Below are positions 13,101-26,900 of a stretch of 64,000 nt of DNA, piece by piece. A program made the position numbers and the translations under genes. The first letter of the stretch is position 1. The number at the start of each line of letters is the position of its first letter. Source of the DNA: Lingula anatina (lineage: Eukaryota; Animalia; Brachiopoda); NCBI GenBank assembly GCA_051362555.1, contig CM120641.1, positions 36,276,401-36,340,400 of the forward strand. Reading direction: 5' to 3'. Under the pieces are notes generated by a model. The model made no database searches, was not told where the DNA came from, and was given only the letters and a program-made list of their open reading frames with translations.

Positions 13101-16100
13101 TGTGTGTGTGGTCGCACGAGCTTGCGTTTGAACGTGGGCGTGAGAGTAGGTGCGTGTTCGTGTGTGGCTCTTCGTGTGCGCGCTACACGTTACAAAGTGA
13201 TATGCTATGTCGGATAACAGATAAATGATTGACAAATACACAGAGAGTGGATTATTTTAATGGACAAGTGTTGTTTCGAACTGTGAATTGGCCGTTTTTC
13301 GCGTTACATTCAAGTCCTTTTAAAAGAGGATACAGCGTTGCAACAGCGTCACCAGAGCACAGGAGACGCGATTCGTCATTAAACACGCTATATCGATTAA
13401 CCATCACTGCAAAATTTAATTTTATTAAACCCTCTTTTAACACATGTTTGATTAATCATTAGATTTCAGTTACATAGTACAAGCATACGCCCGTTACTAA
13501 GTAGTCAATCGCAACGCTTTTCACCTAGGTGTTACCCGCTGTTTGATATAATGCCTAGGTATACCCGATATGGCTCTCTTATCTTTCATTTCATCAGTCG
13601 TTTTTGAACGAGTTTTTTTTGTACAGTTGAGAACCCCATGAATACCCCTGGGTATAATTTTTCATCTGTCTTGTCAATATAGGCGAAAAGGTTTTTGCCA
13701 AGGGTCTATTGATTTTAAATTTGTTAATACATCAATCCTGCATTGTTTTGTTTTGAGTTGGACGTTCGTCCCTCGTGTATTATTGTCAGTAAACACACAC
13801 GACAGAGAGAGATGTAGGGGGGGGGGGGGAGAAATATCATTTTGACAATACCGAAAACTATCACTATCGATTTAAATAAATACTATAAGCATAATAAACG
13901 CGCTCAAAACATAGTTCTCAAAAATACACATCATGCCTAGTAAACAAAACCGTGACATCCCTCGTCGACAAAAGCGCCAGGCTAAATTCATTAAACACCG
14001 TCGATTACAGGTAATTAGTACCCCTTTCATATCAAACGGACTGCTCCACATCGTAAAACCCTGACAGCGACTGCTGTGTCGCGGCATATTAAGTATAGCT
14101 AGAAGGTGTGCACTGTATCTACCATGGAATGGGTTGCTATTGCTGCCTGACACGCATTGTTGTCATTCTCTCTGCTTGTTAAACACATGCTGTCACGGCA
14201 AACACAGGTCAGACGGACAATATTCGAAATTCCATTGAATCAGCCTGGTTCCAGGTAAATTTTCATTGGAATATATAGTTTGTAGGGAGAGGAAAAGGAC
14301 AATTTAGACAACCTAAAATGATCTCAAAAAGTGTTAAAATGATTTGAACGTTGAATTATTAAAATAATTTAAAGGAGATCACCCGTGTAAACAAGTTAAT
14401 AATAATAATAAAAAAACTTAAGAAAAAGCCAATAAAACTTGTCATTTTTTCATGTTGGAGTATTGAAAAAAATAATAATAAATTACGAAAAATCAATTAT
14501 TAAGACATTTTTACATCTAATTAAAATGTTACTTTCTTCAAAAACAACCATGCCAGATCTTAACTTGTGTTACGTTTACGTTCTGTTCCCTTTTGTTCCC
14601 TATCCACCTGATTTTCAATTTCTTCTTTATGAAATAACTAGGAAGCGAAAATGATAACGACTCGGTGTCTTTTTGTTACAGTAAGAGCACATTTTTCAGT
14701 AGATTATTGAGCACAGTCGGAGTCGGCACTTCCCATCCCCATACAGTCGGATTACCGTGACTATCATTCTCAGTGGGCAATGATAGCGCGACTCGGTTTA
14801 CCCTCAAAATTTATGTCCGATCTTAGTACGGCAGGGGCTACGAGAAGTGAAGTGTAAGGGGACACTTGCTCATACAATCTTCCATTGTAAAACGTGCACT
14901 TAATATTTATGGTCCACTAGGCCCATTTCCTCTATTGTTAAAAATGTCAACAGAGAAGTTTGTGGAGGGTTTGACTTTTCTTTTCGCGTATTTTGACAAA
15001 TATTCAACAATGGGAAATGGCAAACACGGGGTATTGACATCTGACCTTTATGCTTGCTGTCATATAATTACTGCTATAATATGTTGACTAGACAACAATG
15101 GTTAAAGCCTTGACACAGAACAACCATCCGGTGAAATAATTTACTATTATAATTCAGTTGATATGTTTACAGGAATAAACTTTTAACCGCATAAAGATGA
15201 TATGGGACGGGTGCTATCAACAGGGGCACCCAAAAGTCATGGGCCTTTTATCAGTGACATTTTAGATGGACACCAACTGTTCATTTATTTTCTAATATAG
15301 ACGCAGCATAAGAATGTTTTTGTGTGCCCTTGTTTTTCTGCTATGCTTTTCACTCTTATCTTTTTCGTATGTATGATGAGCTTCTAGTTTTGAAATAGTG
15401 GTTAGTAGAGCGCAATAATTGCCTTATCCAGCAAGAATTTTAAAAAGATATAAAGTAGGCCCCTATAGGCCTATATCGGTATAGTTTGATAGATTAATTT
15501 AAAAGAGAATAATTTTATTAAATTTTATAAACACATTTACTCACATTCACAAAGATGATAAGAATACATAAAGTAAAATACTGGTTATAATTTACATATT
15601 TCAGTAAAGAATAGTTTCCAAAACGCCAATGATTAGTTGCGACAGGTAGACCCAAGTGCGCATGTGTTAGGATATCTTGAAACTGCATTTGGAAATAAAC
15701 ACACATGCACATTTCAGGTCTGTGAGCGGAGTACACGGGCGTCGAGACTGGACAACGTTCATCGAGTTATCAGCCCTTCCAAAGTGAGCTGCTTTCTACC
15801 GAAATGGTATGAAAACCCCATGTGACACTTCACCCGAAAACTGGATACCTTTGAGAGGAACTGACAGTTGCAATAGTTAAAGGCTAAAGGAAAGATAAAG
15901 CATGGGACCGACCAAACGAAGTATGGCGGGTCATTCAAACTTAACCCTGTGTTTATTGCTGACATTGCTGTCTGTTGTCATTCTGGAATGCCATGCCTTG
16001 GTTGACGGTGAGTAAAACATACTTTATGATGTGTTAGTGTTATTTAATACGGCTTGTTTCCGCGTGTAATCGTTGTTTAAATGTGCTAGCTGTAGCTTTG

Positions 16101-16400
16101 ATTAAGAGTTACGCCGCAGCGCACACTTGCACATGTAGGTTATATGCCGTAGCGCTTGGGCTTGAAACTGAATAGCCTATTCCACCTTATTCGATAGATT
16201 AGAAACTGAAGTGTCTCTTTCAGTTTTCGTTACTGTTTAACCTGATCGAAACAATCATTTAAGATCTCACCTCGGTTTAACATAACTACTTCTGTCAAGA
16301 TCAACAGGAATGCGCCCGCATTAGTAAATTACGGCCTAGCGCTTGAGATGAACGACACAAGTGGTTTCTATTTCATTGATAGTGTTAATCAGCTGTCTCC
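10200..16400. promoter_or_regulatory. CpG-retaining intergenic/promoter domain containing the distal UNC5 promoter (boundaries approximate)
   Basis: CG dinucleotides are visibly frequent here and rare in the flanking introns. Contains a TCAGTCAGT Inr-like motif near 12106, orphan donors CAG|GTAAAT at 12919/12920 and 14254/14255, and an acceptor tttcAG at 15716-15717. Confidence 0.6.
15902..16007 (+). CDS. UNC5: UNC5 netrin receptor, first coding exon 1a (signal peptide)
   Basis: MGPTKRSMAGHSNLTLCLLLTLLSVVILECHALVD(G): basic n-region, hydrophobic core, CHA cleavage-like site; G|GTGAGT phase-1 donor matches exon 2. Confidence 0.85.
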
Positions 16401-19400
16401 TTGTAGCAGGATGATTTGTGTGAATATTTAGTCATACACTTGCCCAGATGTTGTGATATTTACTTCTTGCATAGCTGAAGTGGGGATTAATTAAACCTGT
16501 GTGGCGTATTCTTGAGGCTGGACAGGAAGGGGCGTGGGATGTACTGTTTACACTAGGGTAACTGGCACAAACCAGGGTTGAACCAAATCTAAGACCATAT
16601 ATGCATTGTATTAAGTAAGATTTAAAGAGAAACACATTGCATTTTATTGAGAGACAAATTTCATTAAAAAGATTCATTAAAAATTTATATTCATTAAAAA
16701 CTGAGATTCATTGAAAATTGAATGTGGAATGGTTTTAGGACTGTGGGCACCATGTTTGTATTAGAACCAGATCAGATATTTACCAAATGTAGACAGACCT
16801 CACGAGAGTTACCCATAGTCTAACAGTTCCCAGAACTTTTCTGTCCATGTTACCTAATAGATATGTGATCTGGTCGGGGCCTGCAGGGCTCTGGTATAGT
16901 GTTCTGGTCAGTTCACATCTTAGTCAGTAAACACAAAATTCTAATCAGACCCTAGAGAACAACTTAGCCAACTTACCAGCCATGCAGCTCACCGGCTAGC
17001 TTGCTAGCTAGCAAGCCCAGGAAAACATGAAAGTATGTGCTATCAGATAAGGAAACTGGAAGATGAAATCAACAAATTAATTTCAGCTGGAAGGAGATGG
17101 AAATGACTCTTTTAGAGATTCTTCACACCAACTCATCAATGGAACCTTTTGGGAATTAATTCACTGATAATTATGCATAAGGAAGTTTGGATACTGGTCC
17201 TTAATGAAGCAGTTTTCCAATACAAACATCAGTCAAAAGAAGAATATTTAGTTCGTGGCATAAGGGAAGTTATTAATGAATATTTCATGTGTAGGATTTT
17301 TGCATGAAAATTCGTAAGAAAAACGTCCATTTATTTGACACAGAGAGATAATTCAACAAGTCATGTGCAAGATTTCATTGTGAATGTGTGTAGTAAGTAA
17401 ATGCTGCATTATAATGGTGTTATTATTAAAACATGATTAAGAAAAAAAAACTTTTGCGCAAATGGTCATTTATCTTTTTACATTAACTTAGATAATCCAA
17501 TTTATCTGATATCAAACACACCATGTTTCCTTTTATCTACTCAAGCATTTCTGTATTTAACCTAAAAAAAAAGATATGACATAAGAAACAGGGAGCAAAG
17601 AAAAGGCTTCAAGTTTTTTTTACTCAACTTATGGACATCTAGATTTTTATCATGTTTAGTAATTTTTTACCCCATCATATTTCACAAATTATCTCAGTAT
17701 ATCAGACTATGAAGATTTTTCCAAATTTCAATGTCATACTTTTCAAATGCACTGTGACAAGCTATTTGTTCTTTGTTAGATGTGATGGTAATATGATTAT
17801 ACAAAATAAAGCACTAAGTTACAGTAGAAGTGTATGCTTAATAGGAGTATAGTTCCCATTTAAATAAAGTTGCATCCATGGTAGCAGAAAATTTTGACTT
17901 ATCCTGTCTCGGTAACTTAAACAAGAGGTCCAAACTGAATTTAGGTTAAACGGTTTGTTTGTTTGATCAGATTATAGTCCTGTTATTAAATGTTTGCTGA
18001 ATGTCATTTATTCTGAGGTAAGATTGCAGAACATTTCAGACGGAATTTATTGGAGTCTACATTTTTGCAAGTGCAAAAGAAAAAAACCTCATCAATCAGA
18101 AGTATCGGTGTTTCAAAGGGACTTAAATATAATATGACATCAAAGATTTTCTTATAACGGTACAAGCAATAAATTCTACTACCATCTTCAGAAGTACTCT
18201 AGTCATGTATGTGGAAAATTTGATTTTGTTCTGTAGATCTGAGAGGAAATCTGAATAGGGCTATAAATGGCGTATCTGAAGACATTGATTTTACATTTAC
18301 AAATCTTTGGGGAGAATTGACTCGTTGCTCTCCACAGTATTTAATTCAAGTCAGTATAATTACTCAGAATTACATCAATGTCGCAGGGTGGTTCCTGGAT
18401 TTCTTGTCTTTTGCTAGATCCCCAGACTCTTTTCTTGGCTCAGAAGAGAAATAAAATGGCAATAAAATGTTTTGAATGAACCCTAGAGTTATACATGAGT
18501 ATAGCATGGTCATAACTAGCATGTATATAAGTATTCCACTATAAATTTCTCTGTCTGAACTAGTAGTCTGGAAATAAATTCCAGTGTCTGGAATACTCAG
18601 GGAGATAAGGTAGGAGAAAGATGCAAAGAGAAGAAAGGTTAAGTCTCATTTTCAACTTAAGGAACCAGTTTTTTCTCTATCTATGGGGTAATTTAAAACC
18701 TGTTAAATAAGTTTGTACAATCCTTATGAATAAATAAAAGATGGTTCTGTGACATTGATAGAGCCAGATCTCATTGCTTATTTGTTGTTGTTTCTAAATT
18801 TAAAACACATTGTCTAACTTGTATGTAGGCTGTGTGCATGTATACTATGCTGGTTTTCTCCTTCACATGTGTATCGAGACAGAGAATCAAGAAAATGACA
18901 TCTTGTCACAAAAGATGTCAAGCAAAGCCAAAAGTTTATATCCTTACAGTTAGATGAAACCATAAATCCTCACTGGTGGCTATCAGATTGCAAACTGAAA
19001 AGAAGTTCCACTGAATGGGGACTTATTTTCAAAGTGTAAGGCAGAAAATGAGAAGCTATGCCACAATGGAAGTAAAATGTTAATTGCTACAGTCACAGTT
19101 TTATTAATGCTCTCTGACCCCATTAGTCAGCAATAAGGGTGAGAGGCGGCACCTGCGCCATGCGATTTTACCTGTATTATCTAAAGGGAAGATTCAAATT
19201 GTAATGTCATCGTGGGCCAGCTAGCTATGGTGGTTGAATACTGCAGCACAGGAAGGCCTTAAATGAAATAATGCAATAAATCTTCAGTGAGAAAACATGT
19301 CACACAATCTACCTAGGTTTTGTCTACAAATTCTAGGGTACAGAGCTGCTAGGATAATAAATCAGAAATGTTAGTTGGGATATATTGGTTTGCGACCTCT

Positions 19401-20410
19401 CTATGCATCCCCATTTTATGCCCCTAATGCTGTAATTTAGAATGATAGTTATCTTTCATGGTGCACATTGGCTGTGGTGATTTACCAGTAGGGCGGCTTT
19501 GTCCCAGCTTTTGGTATTCAAATGTTTTTTCAGTTGATGAGGTGTTATCATCTTTTCAAAATGGGATTGTTTGTTGAAAAAGGCTGCTGGATTCTATTCA
19601 GGGAAGTCTATCAAAAAGATCTTAAAATTTTGTGCCAGGTGATGGATGGATAAATCCAACCTCACCAAAGGTGTATATATTTTAGACAAGCCATTCTTAG
19701 GAGGATGTGAATCATGGGGCAAGTTACTAAGTGCAAAAAGGCCGAGTTGAATCAAAATGTCTGCTTTGGTCAAGTAGGATGAAGGTGATTTTGTTTCTTG
19801 TTTTTCAAAGGCTTTTCCAGTACACATCCCCTTGAAGCAAAATGAAGGGGCTTAAAAATAAAATCAATGTGGTGGCAAGTTTTGTGCCCTTCCCATATCC
19901 TTCTTCACAAGATGTACAAGTGGTAGTTGTTTGGCTGATCTGCTTGGCATGCAACAGTTTGCTCAGACTTAATAGTTATTGTACAGATGTGGGTTTTTCA
20001 AGGTAAATTGTGAACCATCAATCAAAGGTGAAAAGTTAAATAGGGGAGGAATTTGAAAATCGGTTTACACAAACTAGAGTACATAGACTTCCAATAAAGC
20101 TGTGGAATCAATCTTTTTCCATCCCGCCTGGGCTATGGATATCGAATAACTCAAAAATGTTGAAAGATGTTGGAGGTTAATTTGCAAAAACAACATTCCA
20201 ACAGTGTCTGTTGTAGAAATTGCTTTTCTAGTTCTCTAAATTGCTCTTGTGGTAAATGTCTCTGGAGAATCTTGATTTCTTCTTATTTTCTTCAGATTCA
20301 TTTTTAGTTGGCTAAACTCTTAGACAATGTTGCAAACATTAAAGGCCTGCTGACAGAAAGGTATGGTCTATAGGAGACTCAGAAGATGATGGAGAATGAT
20401 CTTGTTCTAT

Positions 20411-20939
20411 AGCCTCACTCATAACCGGCCGTACGGGCTCTTACAGCCTGTTTGTGTCCAAATTTTGCGCAGAATCTCACTTGCTACGCAAGTCCTTCTT
20501 GCGAAATTTGGAGTTCGCAGACAGCCCGTAAGCATGTATGGAGGATGTTGGACATGTCCAAAAGATTCAACGAATAATCTGCGAACAGCGAGACCACAAA
20601 GGCAACTTGCTCCTCTTGCAAGAGATTGCGAGAAGTATGCTAATGAGTCATGCATGGTCCAAGATGCACGTGGTCAGTATGTTGCTGTAAGTGTGTGAGG
20701 CAAGTGTGATGCAAAAGGAAATTACTTTCGCCGTGCGAAGCGTTCTCTTCATAAATGGTGAGTGTGTAGGTTGCAAGACAAACTCAAGAAATTAGCGTCC
20801 CTGCTTCTCATGTGGACCCTGCGACTTGCGCCTTTCCCTTGCAAACTTTACCTCTACCAACTCCATGGCCTCCACTGTACCCAAAATTTGCAGGGGCCGC
20901 ACGATCCTAAAATTTGTGCATCTGGTTGTGACCGAGGCT
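20411..20939. mobile_element. non-autonomous TIR DNA transposon (MITE, PIF/Harbinger-like)
   Basis: 5' AGCCTCACTCATAACCGG vs reverse complement of the 3' end AGCCTCGGTCACAACCAG (14/18 match); flanked by a direct TAT duplication (20408-20410, 20940-20942); CpG-rich relative to the host intron; no transposase ORF. Confidence 0.75.
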
Positions 20940-23900
20940 TATGCTTTATCACAAATCCCTAATGCCTGAAAAGCAACCATGTTGTTACAACAATTATAAA
21001 TTTGTAAAAATTATAAATCTATGTACATCTTTTTTTTTTTTGCGATTTTTTTAGAAGCAAGGCAAAAAAGAAAAACAGTTGAGATGTATAGATTAAGGAA
21101 ATTACTCAAAGCACATTGCATGTTTTTGACTTTCTCAATAAGAAAGCATTTACTGGATGGGGATGAGTGGGGGCCAGGTGCTACTTAGTGCATCTCCTGC
21201 ATTGGCTGTTTAGCACTGATTGCTGTCAGTCACTGCTATGGGACTTCTATTGAATACTTTTCTGTAACACAGAGAAAACAAACAGCAGGCCATCATGATG
21301 TAGGGTTACAGTTAATGACTTGAGTGCATTCATTCAGTGGACCACCACCTGGGGGATGCAGAGGTACATTACTGGACAGAGATAAATATTATGCTTATCA
21401 ACAGTTGTGAACTCTTCAAGTTAGTTGCATCTCCTATCCAACAGCCATCCATTTAAATTCTTCATGTAATTGGACACTGACATCCCTGTGTTCTGAAGTG
21501 GCAATTAATAAATAAAATGATGTCTTTAAATTATAGTCAAATGCTGGTACTGTGGTTGCTTTGCTTTCATGATATTATTCGGAAGAATCACTGGGGGGGG
21601 GGGGGTCATCTAAATTTTCTGAGAGGAGTTCAGCTGCTGAGGTGTATAACACATAGACAAGGGTACAAAATGAAGCATGTGCACAATATAAGTGGAATAA
21701 CACAGAGAAGAAATTCTGTGGTATTTCTATTATGAAAGAAAAAATATACAAACCATCAAGAAAAGAAAACAGTGAGTCTGTGAAATGGTTAACATCTGTG
21801 TAGTTTGGGCTGCGCTGAAACAACTGCCTTTCATTTAACAAGTTTAATGCAAACTTCAGCTGTGAAGTCCATGAAGCCAGCTGTACCTGCAAATGAGTGA
21901 AATTGGCCAATTCTTTGGTCAGTGAAGGGGGGGCACTTAAACTGATTAAAACTGACCAGAAAACCTATAGTTTATTACCCTGATGGGATTTTCTCATAAA
22001 AACAGTGTTGCACCATGTCCCAAAGGGCCAGGATCTGCTTAAACTAAAGGTAGATGGTTTTGCAACAGGTGTTACTGATAGTTAATTGATTTTATGTGTA
22101 CGCTATCATCTCCAGGGAAGCCTTTATCAATAATCTGAGCAGTGCCACCATCTCTCTTCTGTGACAACTCTTTTGGTTTTTTCATGTTCAACTTTCAACC
22201 TTCTTTGTCCAGTAACCCACTTTACTTGGTGAGACTTAATAGCACACCGACCCAACTGTCAAATGAGTAACAAAGGACAAAATGATGAATTTCAGTTGGC
22301 CAATGGTTAACTTGTCCATTGGTGTTATGGTTTGTTCCCATTCCAGACTAGAGGGGGTATTTTATAAACCTTGAAAATTGGTATATTTGGGCAGTGTATT
22401 TCAGCATTTTTGTACAGGTCTGGAAAAAACACCACAAGAATTAAGAGATGTGAGGTATTAATTGGTTGATTGGTTGTGAAAAAGACTTATCAAGTTGGAG
22501 TCTCAAAGGGCTGCTATGTAGGCAGCATTCAATCTCTTCTGATTTTGAAACCTGTGATGTTCATGATAATATCAAAAGCCCAGCAGTCACTGCCAGCGGG
22601 ATTAACATTCAGTACATGGTCTGTAGATGTGACATGGACCCTGTGTGTATATTGTCAATGTTCTACTACAGGGACACAGCAGGCACAGGTGTGTTGATTG
22701 ACAGGTGTGATTGAGCTGGTTCAATAGCGGAACCTTTTTTTCATTAATCCCTAGGAACTAGAGATGACTAGGGTCAATTGTTCAGTCTCTGCTGGTGGTC
22801 AATCTGGAACTGTACACACTCCATTAAAATGAGTGTACTGAATGTAAAGATATGAAACTCGAAGAGGGTGTCTTTCTTCCCATTTTTGTGTTGTTTTTCT
22901 TTTGCTGTTTTGTCAGCCTAGTGGTGATGCTATGCTGTACTGCCTGCCTGCCATCCTTTTGGAAAGGCTCTGTCAGGATACATTGGGCCTAAAAGCCAGC
23001 CAAGCAAAAAGCTAATTTCAAACCTATTTTCGTCATTCTAGATCAAAGAGACAAATTTTATGGCAAATAACAGAAGCAATGAAATGACTTGGAAATAAAA
23101 GTAACAAAAGGTTTTGCTGGGTTATTTATGGTGTGGAGACATTAATTCAGATTGAATATCCTGATAACTGTTATGTTATTTGCCAAGGTCTATTTTTTTC
23201 CTCCCATGTCTTTTTTTTTCCTCCTTGCCTAAAGGTATAAGTTATCTGCAGTCATACTGGTACAAATGCAGAGAGGGGAACAGACAATCATGCAAAGTTA
23301 CTGACACTTTGTTGCATTCCATTTTGTACTCATGGCTCTACTATTGTTGGTGACATGATTCTGCAGTATCACATTTGCATGAAGAAAAAAAATGGATAAG
23401 GTGGTTGCTGTTTTGTAATGTAACTTTATGTGTACTGTTACTATTGAAAAGTAAGAAATTTTCCCTTTTAAATTATAGGTCAGACATGTCAAAGGGAATA
23501 GTGTTATCATTATGATGATAATGGTGCGATTTTCAGATATTTATCTGAAGGTCTTTTTCTACTAATTGACTCATATTTTCAGACCAGACGAGGATTTTAT
23601 CCCACTAATGGCTGGTTTCTTGACTCTGCTAATCTCCCCCAGATCCACTTTGGTAATTTTGCAGCATTGTTGTGCCAAAGTTTCTTTGTGTTGGACAATA
23701 ATAATTTCTGGAGGAGTGGGGGATAATAGATTTGAAATAATTTCCAGCTTATTATTTTCATTCTTGACATTGAGTGAAAGTGGATATAAGAACTAATTTG
23801 CTGATATAATTTTGCTAATGCTTGTGCCAGTATTAGTTTTCCATATAAGGAAGGTGCACCCATTCATTTTACAAATGGTTTTGGTGACAACTATATTTGA

Positions 23901-26900
23901 CAAGACTCAGAAGTATTATTTATATTGGATTATAATATGAATAAATAAAGGACTTTTCCATTTAATTATGAAAAATGTATTTTTGAAATGCTAGGTCAGC
24001 ATGTCATTACATCAAATCAAAATTCTAGTCATATTCACAGATAAAAAATTTGAACAAATGAGAAAAAATGTAACCCATGGTCTCGATCTTTTATCAAGTA
24101 CAACTGCGCCAAACAACCCATTGATAGTAAAACATACTAGAATAGAATTTCAGTTAAAGTAATTTTAGCTCATTTATCTACAATCAATTTATGATACAGT
24201 ATCATCAACTTATCAACACTTATGTCATATTAGTTTGCCTTTTTTTTTTTTTTTTGCTGTGAAAGCTTTTTTTTGTCTGGTGACTTAATATCTGGATGCT
24301 GATTTATAATTCAGGATAACAAAAACATTAAATAAATTCATAAAACTTTGAACTATAATGGCAATGGTTATACTGAATTTCTATGATGAAGTGGAGTGGA
24401 GTCGGTTAATTAATTAGAGAGGTGTCATGATTCATTTACATAATGACCTTTTGGGTATCTCAGTAAGGGAGCATGAAATGTCCAGTAAGTTAATTCCAGG
24501 GAGACTTGCAGTAACATTGTATGACATATGTTACAAACAGCTGCCTGACCTTGATGGACAGATGTAAATGTCACCTAATCTTTAGCAGGCGGTTTTGCAG
24601 CCTTTTCCTTCTAACACCTGATTTTAGACTAGAAACAAAGACATTTGTTGGCAGTGGGTTTTAAGTTTAAAGTCCTACATAGAGAGCAATATTTGTGGAA
24701 GCTGTTTGTAAATTATTGATGTTATTGTCTGAGATTGGATGTTTCAACTGGTCTTGTTGTCTCTCTCTTGAGACGACAACTGTCGGTGATTTTATGGCAT
24801 TTAATAGTACATAACATGTCACAAAAAAGCCTAACACTTGAAGTATATTTACTTTGTTTTGGACCTTGTCCAGGTGTCAGCAGGTTATAGTGACAGGTTG
24901 TCATGGAAGTGACTGCTGAGCACTGGCTTATTTCACCTTATTTCCATGATGAATGATATTAAAACATTATATGTAATTCTTTAAAATATGCTTATATTTA
25001 AAACATGTGTAAAAAAGTAAAGAGTGAATTAATATTAAGTCATGTGTATAGTTTTCATTCCTAATGAAGTTTGAAGACAAGTGCCCACTGCTAAACAAAT
25101 GCAGTGACAACAAGATAAAAAAAATAAAAATACATACTTAATTATCATGACTGAAAATTGGCATTGTTTTAAGATGTAATAACTCATAGAAGCACACACA
25201 GATACAGATATTGACATTTCCCAATTTTGCAGTTTTCTGAAAGAAAAACACTGGTGTTGTTATAGACAAAGAAGTTTTTGAAGAAAAGAGAATGTGTCAT
25301 TAGTAACATTTCCACCGACAACTCATCTATACAGAAAGAGATATGCTTTTCGACAATGATTCATTACTTTTCTTGTTTTAGTAAGGATATTTACTTACAT
25401 ATTGATTTGTCAGGAGAGACATAGTTGTGAAATTATCAAAAAGAGATACAACCCGTTCCAGATTTTTCATCCATAATTAATGCTCAGTTATGGCTTGGGT
25501 TTGTGTTAATATTGGCTTTAAGGCCCTTGTGGGGTATGGATGCTTTTCATTAATGTTAAAATCTGGTGGAAAGGATGTTCCTTCCAGGGAAATGCAATGT
25601 ATGTGTTGTGTAACTGATGTCACGTCGTAGTACACCAGTTGATTTCTGTGAAAACATAGCAGGATGAAATATTATAGGACTAAGTACATTCTGGTGGGAA
25701 AGTGCCATGAGCTGTCAACTAAACCATTGTGCATCTTGCGTGGAATTGGTCTGTACTTCTGTCACAAGACTTTCACTCACCTTTTGTATGCTTCATCATA
25801 ATTGCATAATGTCTTTCCTATTTAGTGTGACAGATCATTCTAGTGTGTGGCGAATAGTGTGTTGTAGTGTAGTAAAATTGTTAAATACTGTAGTACCATC
25901 ACTGCTGTGTAATCAGCAAAAAATGATGAAGCAATTTCCTGCATGAACTGAAACCGATAAACTTGCCTCAAACCCCCTATAAATGCCTGAAATTGCTTCA
26001 GCAGATTATGAGTGTATAGAAGAGAAACAATGGGGAAAATGGCACTTATTCATGGTGAAATGAATCTAATTCTCTGTGATTTACCTGTCCAAGTGAAATG
26101 GATTGCATGATCTGAAGCATTTTGCTCACACAGGTGTTTTTGGCCTCATTAAACTGGAAGTGCTTGCAGGAGCACAGCCAGTTTTTATTATTGGGGACAT
26201 TATTCAAAATCGGTACATAAAACTTTTTCAATGAAAAAAAAATGTTGATTTTGATTTTAAGAATTTGAATAGATAATTATTTATTGCTCATTGTGTAAAG
26301 AAATGGCATTGGGTGATATAAAAGTAAACTGTGATAGATGAAACAAAGAGAGTTAATTGGTCCTTTCTAGAAAAAGGTTGAAATGAACTTTTATGTAAAG
26401 CAGTGTTCACAGCAAGAGTATCCTAGGTCATATATAGTCCATTGTATTGTGTCTTCAGATTGCCAAATATAAAATTTATTTTTGAGACATTGTAGTGGTT
26501 CCTATTTATTTTGGACATCATTTTAAGTTTTAATTTAGTCTTTTTGTGAACTTGGCCTTAGTTACAAATTTGTGACTTGGAACCTTGGATTTGTGCTTGT
26601 GATCGCCAAATTAAAGAAAAAACCCTAAATTCATTGTACAATTATAAAAACACTTCATGCGAGCACAGTATTATGAACTGCAAACAATTTGTTGGCTTTC
26701 ATCCAGCTCTCGCTCTGATTACACACGGGTTCTTTTTCACGATAGTGAATTATTATGGAAGTAAAAAGAAATGTGCCAATCAGACAGGTGAGGGGACAGT
26801 TGAAGTTGCAGTTCACAGTGCAGCAAGTATTTTTACAAGCAGCCCATGAAATCATGGCTTAAGTCATTTATTTGACAATGGTGATCACAAACCTGCAGCT

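Noticed and set aside
14124-14254. Hydrophobic-looking ATG frames before a donor site (possible signal-peptide exon)
   Set aside because: MEWVAIAA* and MGCYCCLTRIVVILSAC* stop early, and the remaining ATG frame ends in phase 2, incompatible with exon 2. Treated as a possible UTR exon only.
20396-20962. ORFs of 100, 78 and 66 aa in a GC-richer patch
   Set aside because: They lie largely within the TIR-bounded non-autonomous element and show no transposase or other motifs.
26673-26787. ATG-initiated frame MNCKQFVGFHPALALITHGFFFTIVNYYGSKKKCANQT ending at a phase-1 CAG|GTGAGG donor (possible third first exon)
   Set aside because: The hydrophobic core is broken by His/Pro/Gly and followed by a basic cluster, so it is a poor signal peptide, and the start context is weak. 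It cannot be supported without RNA data.
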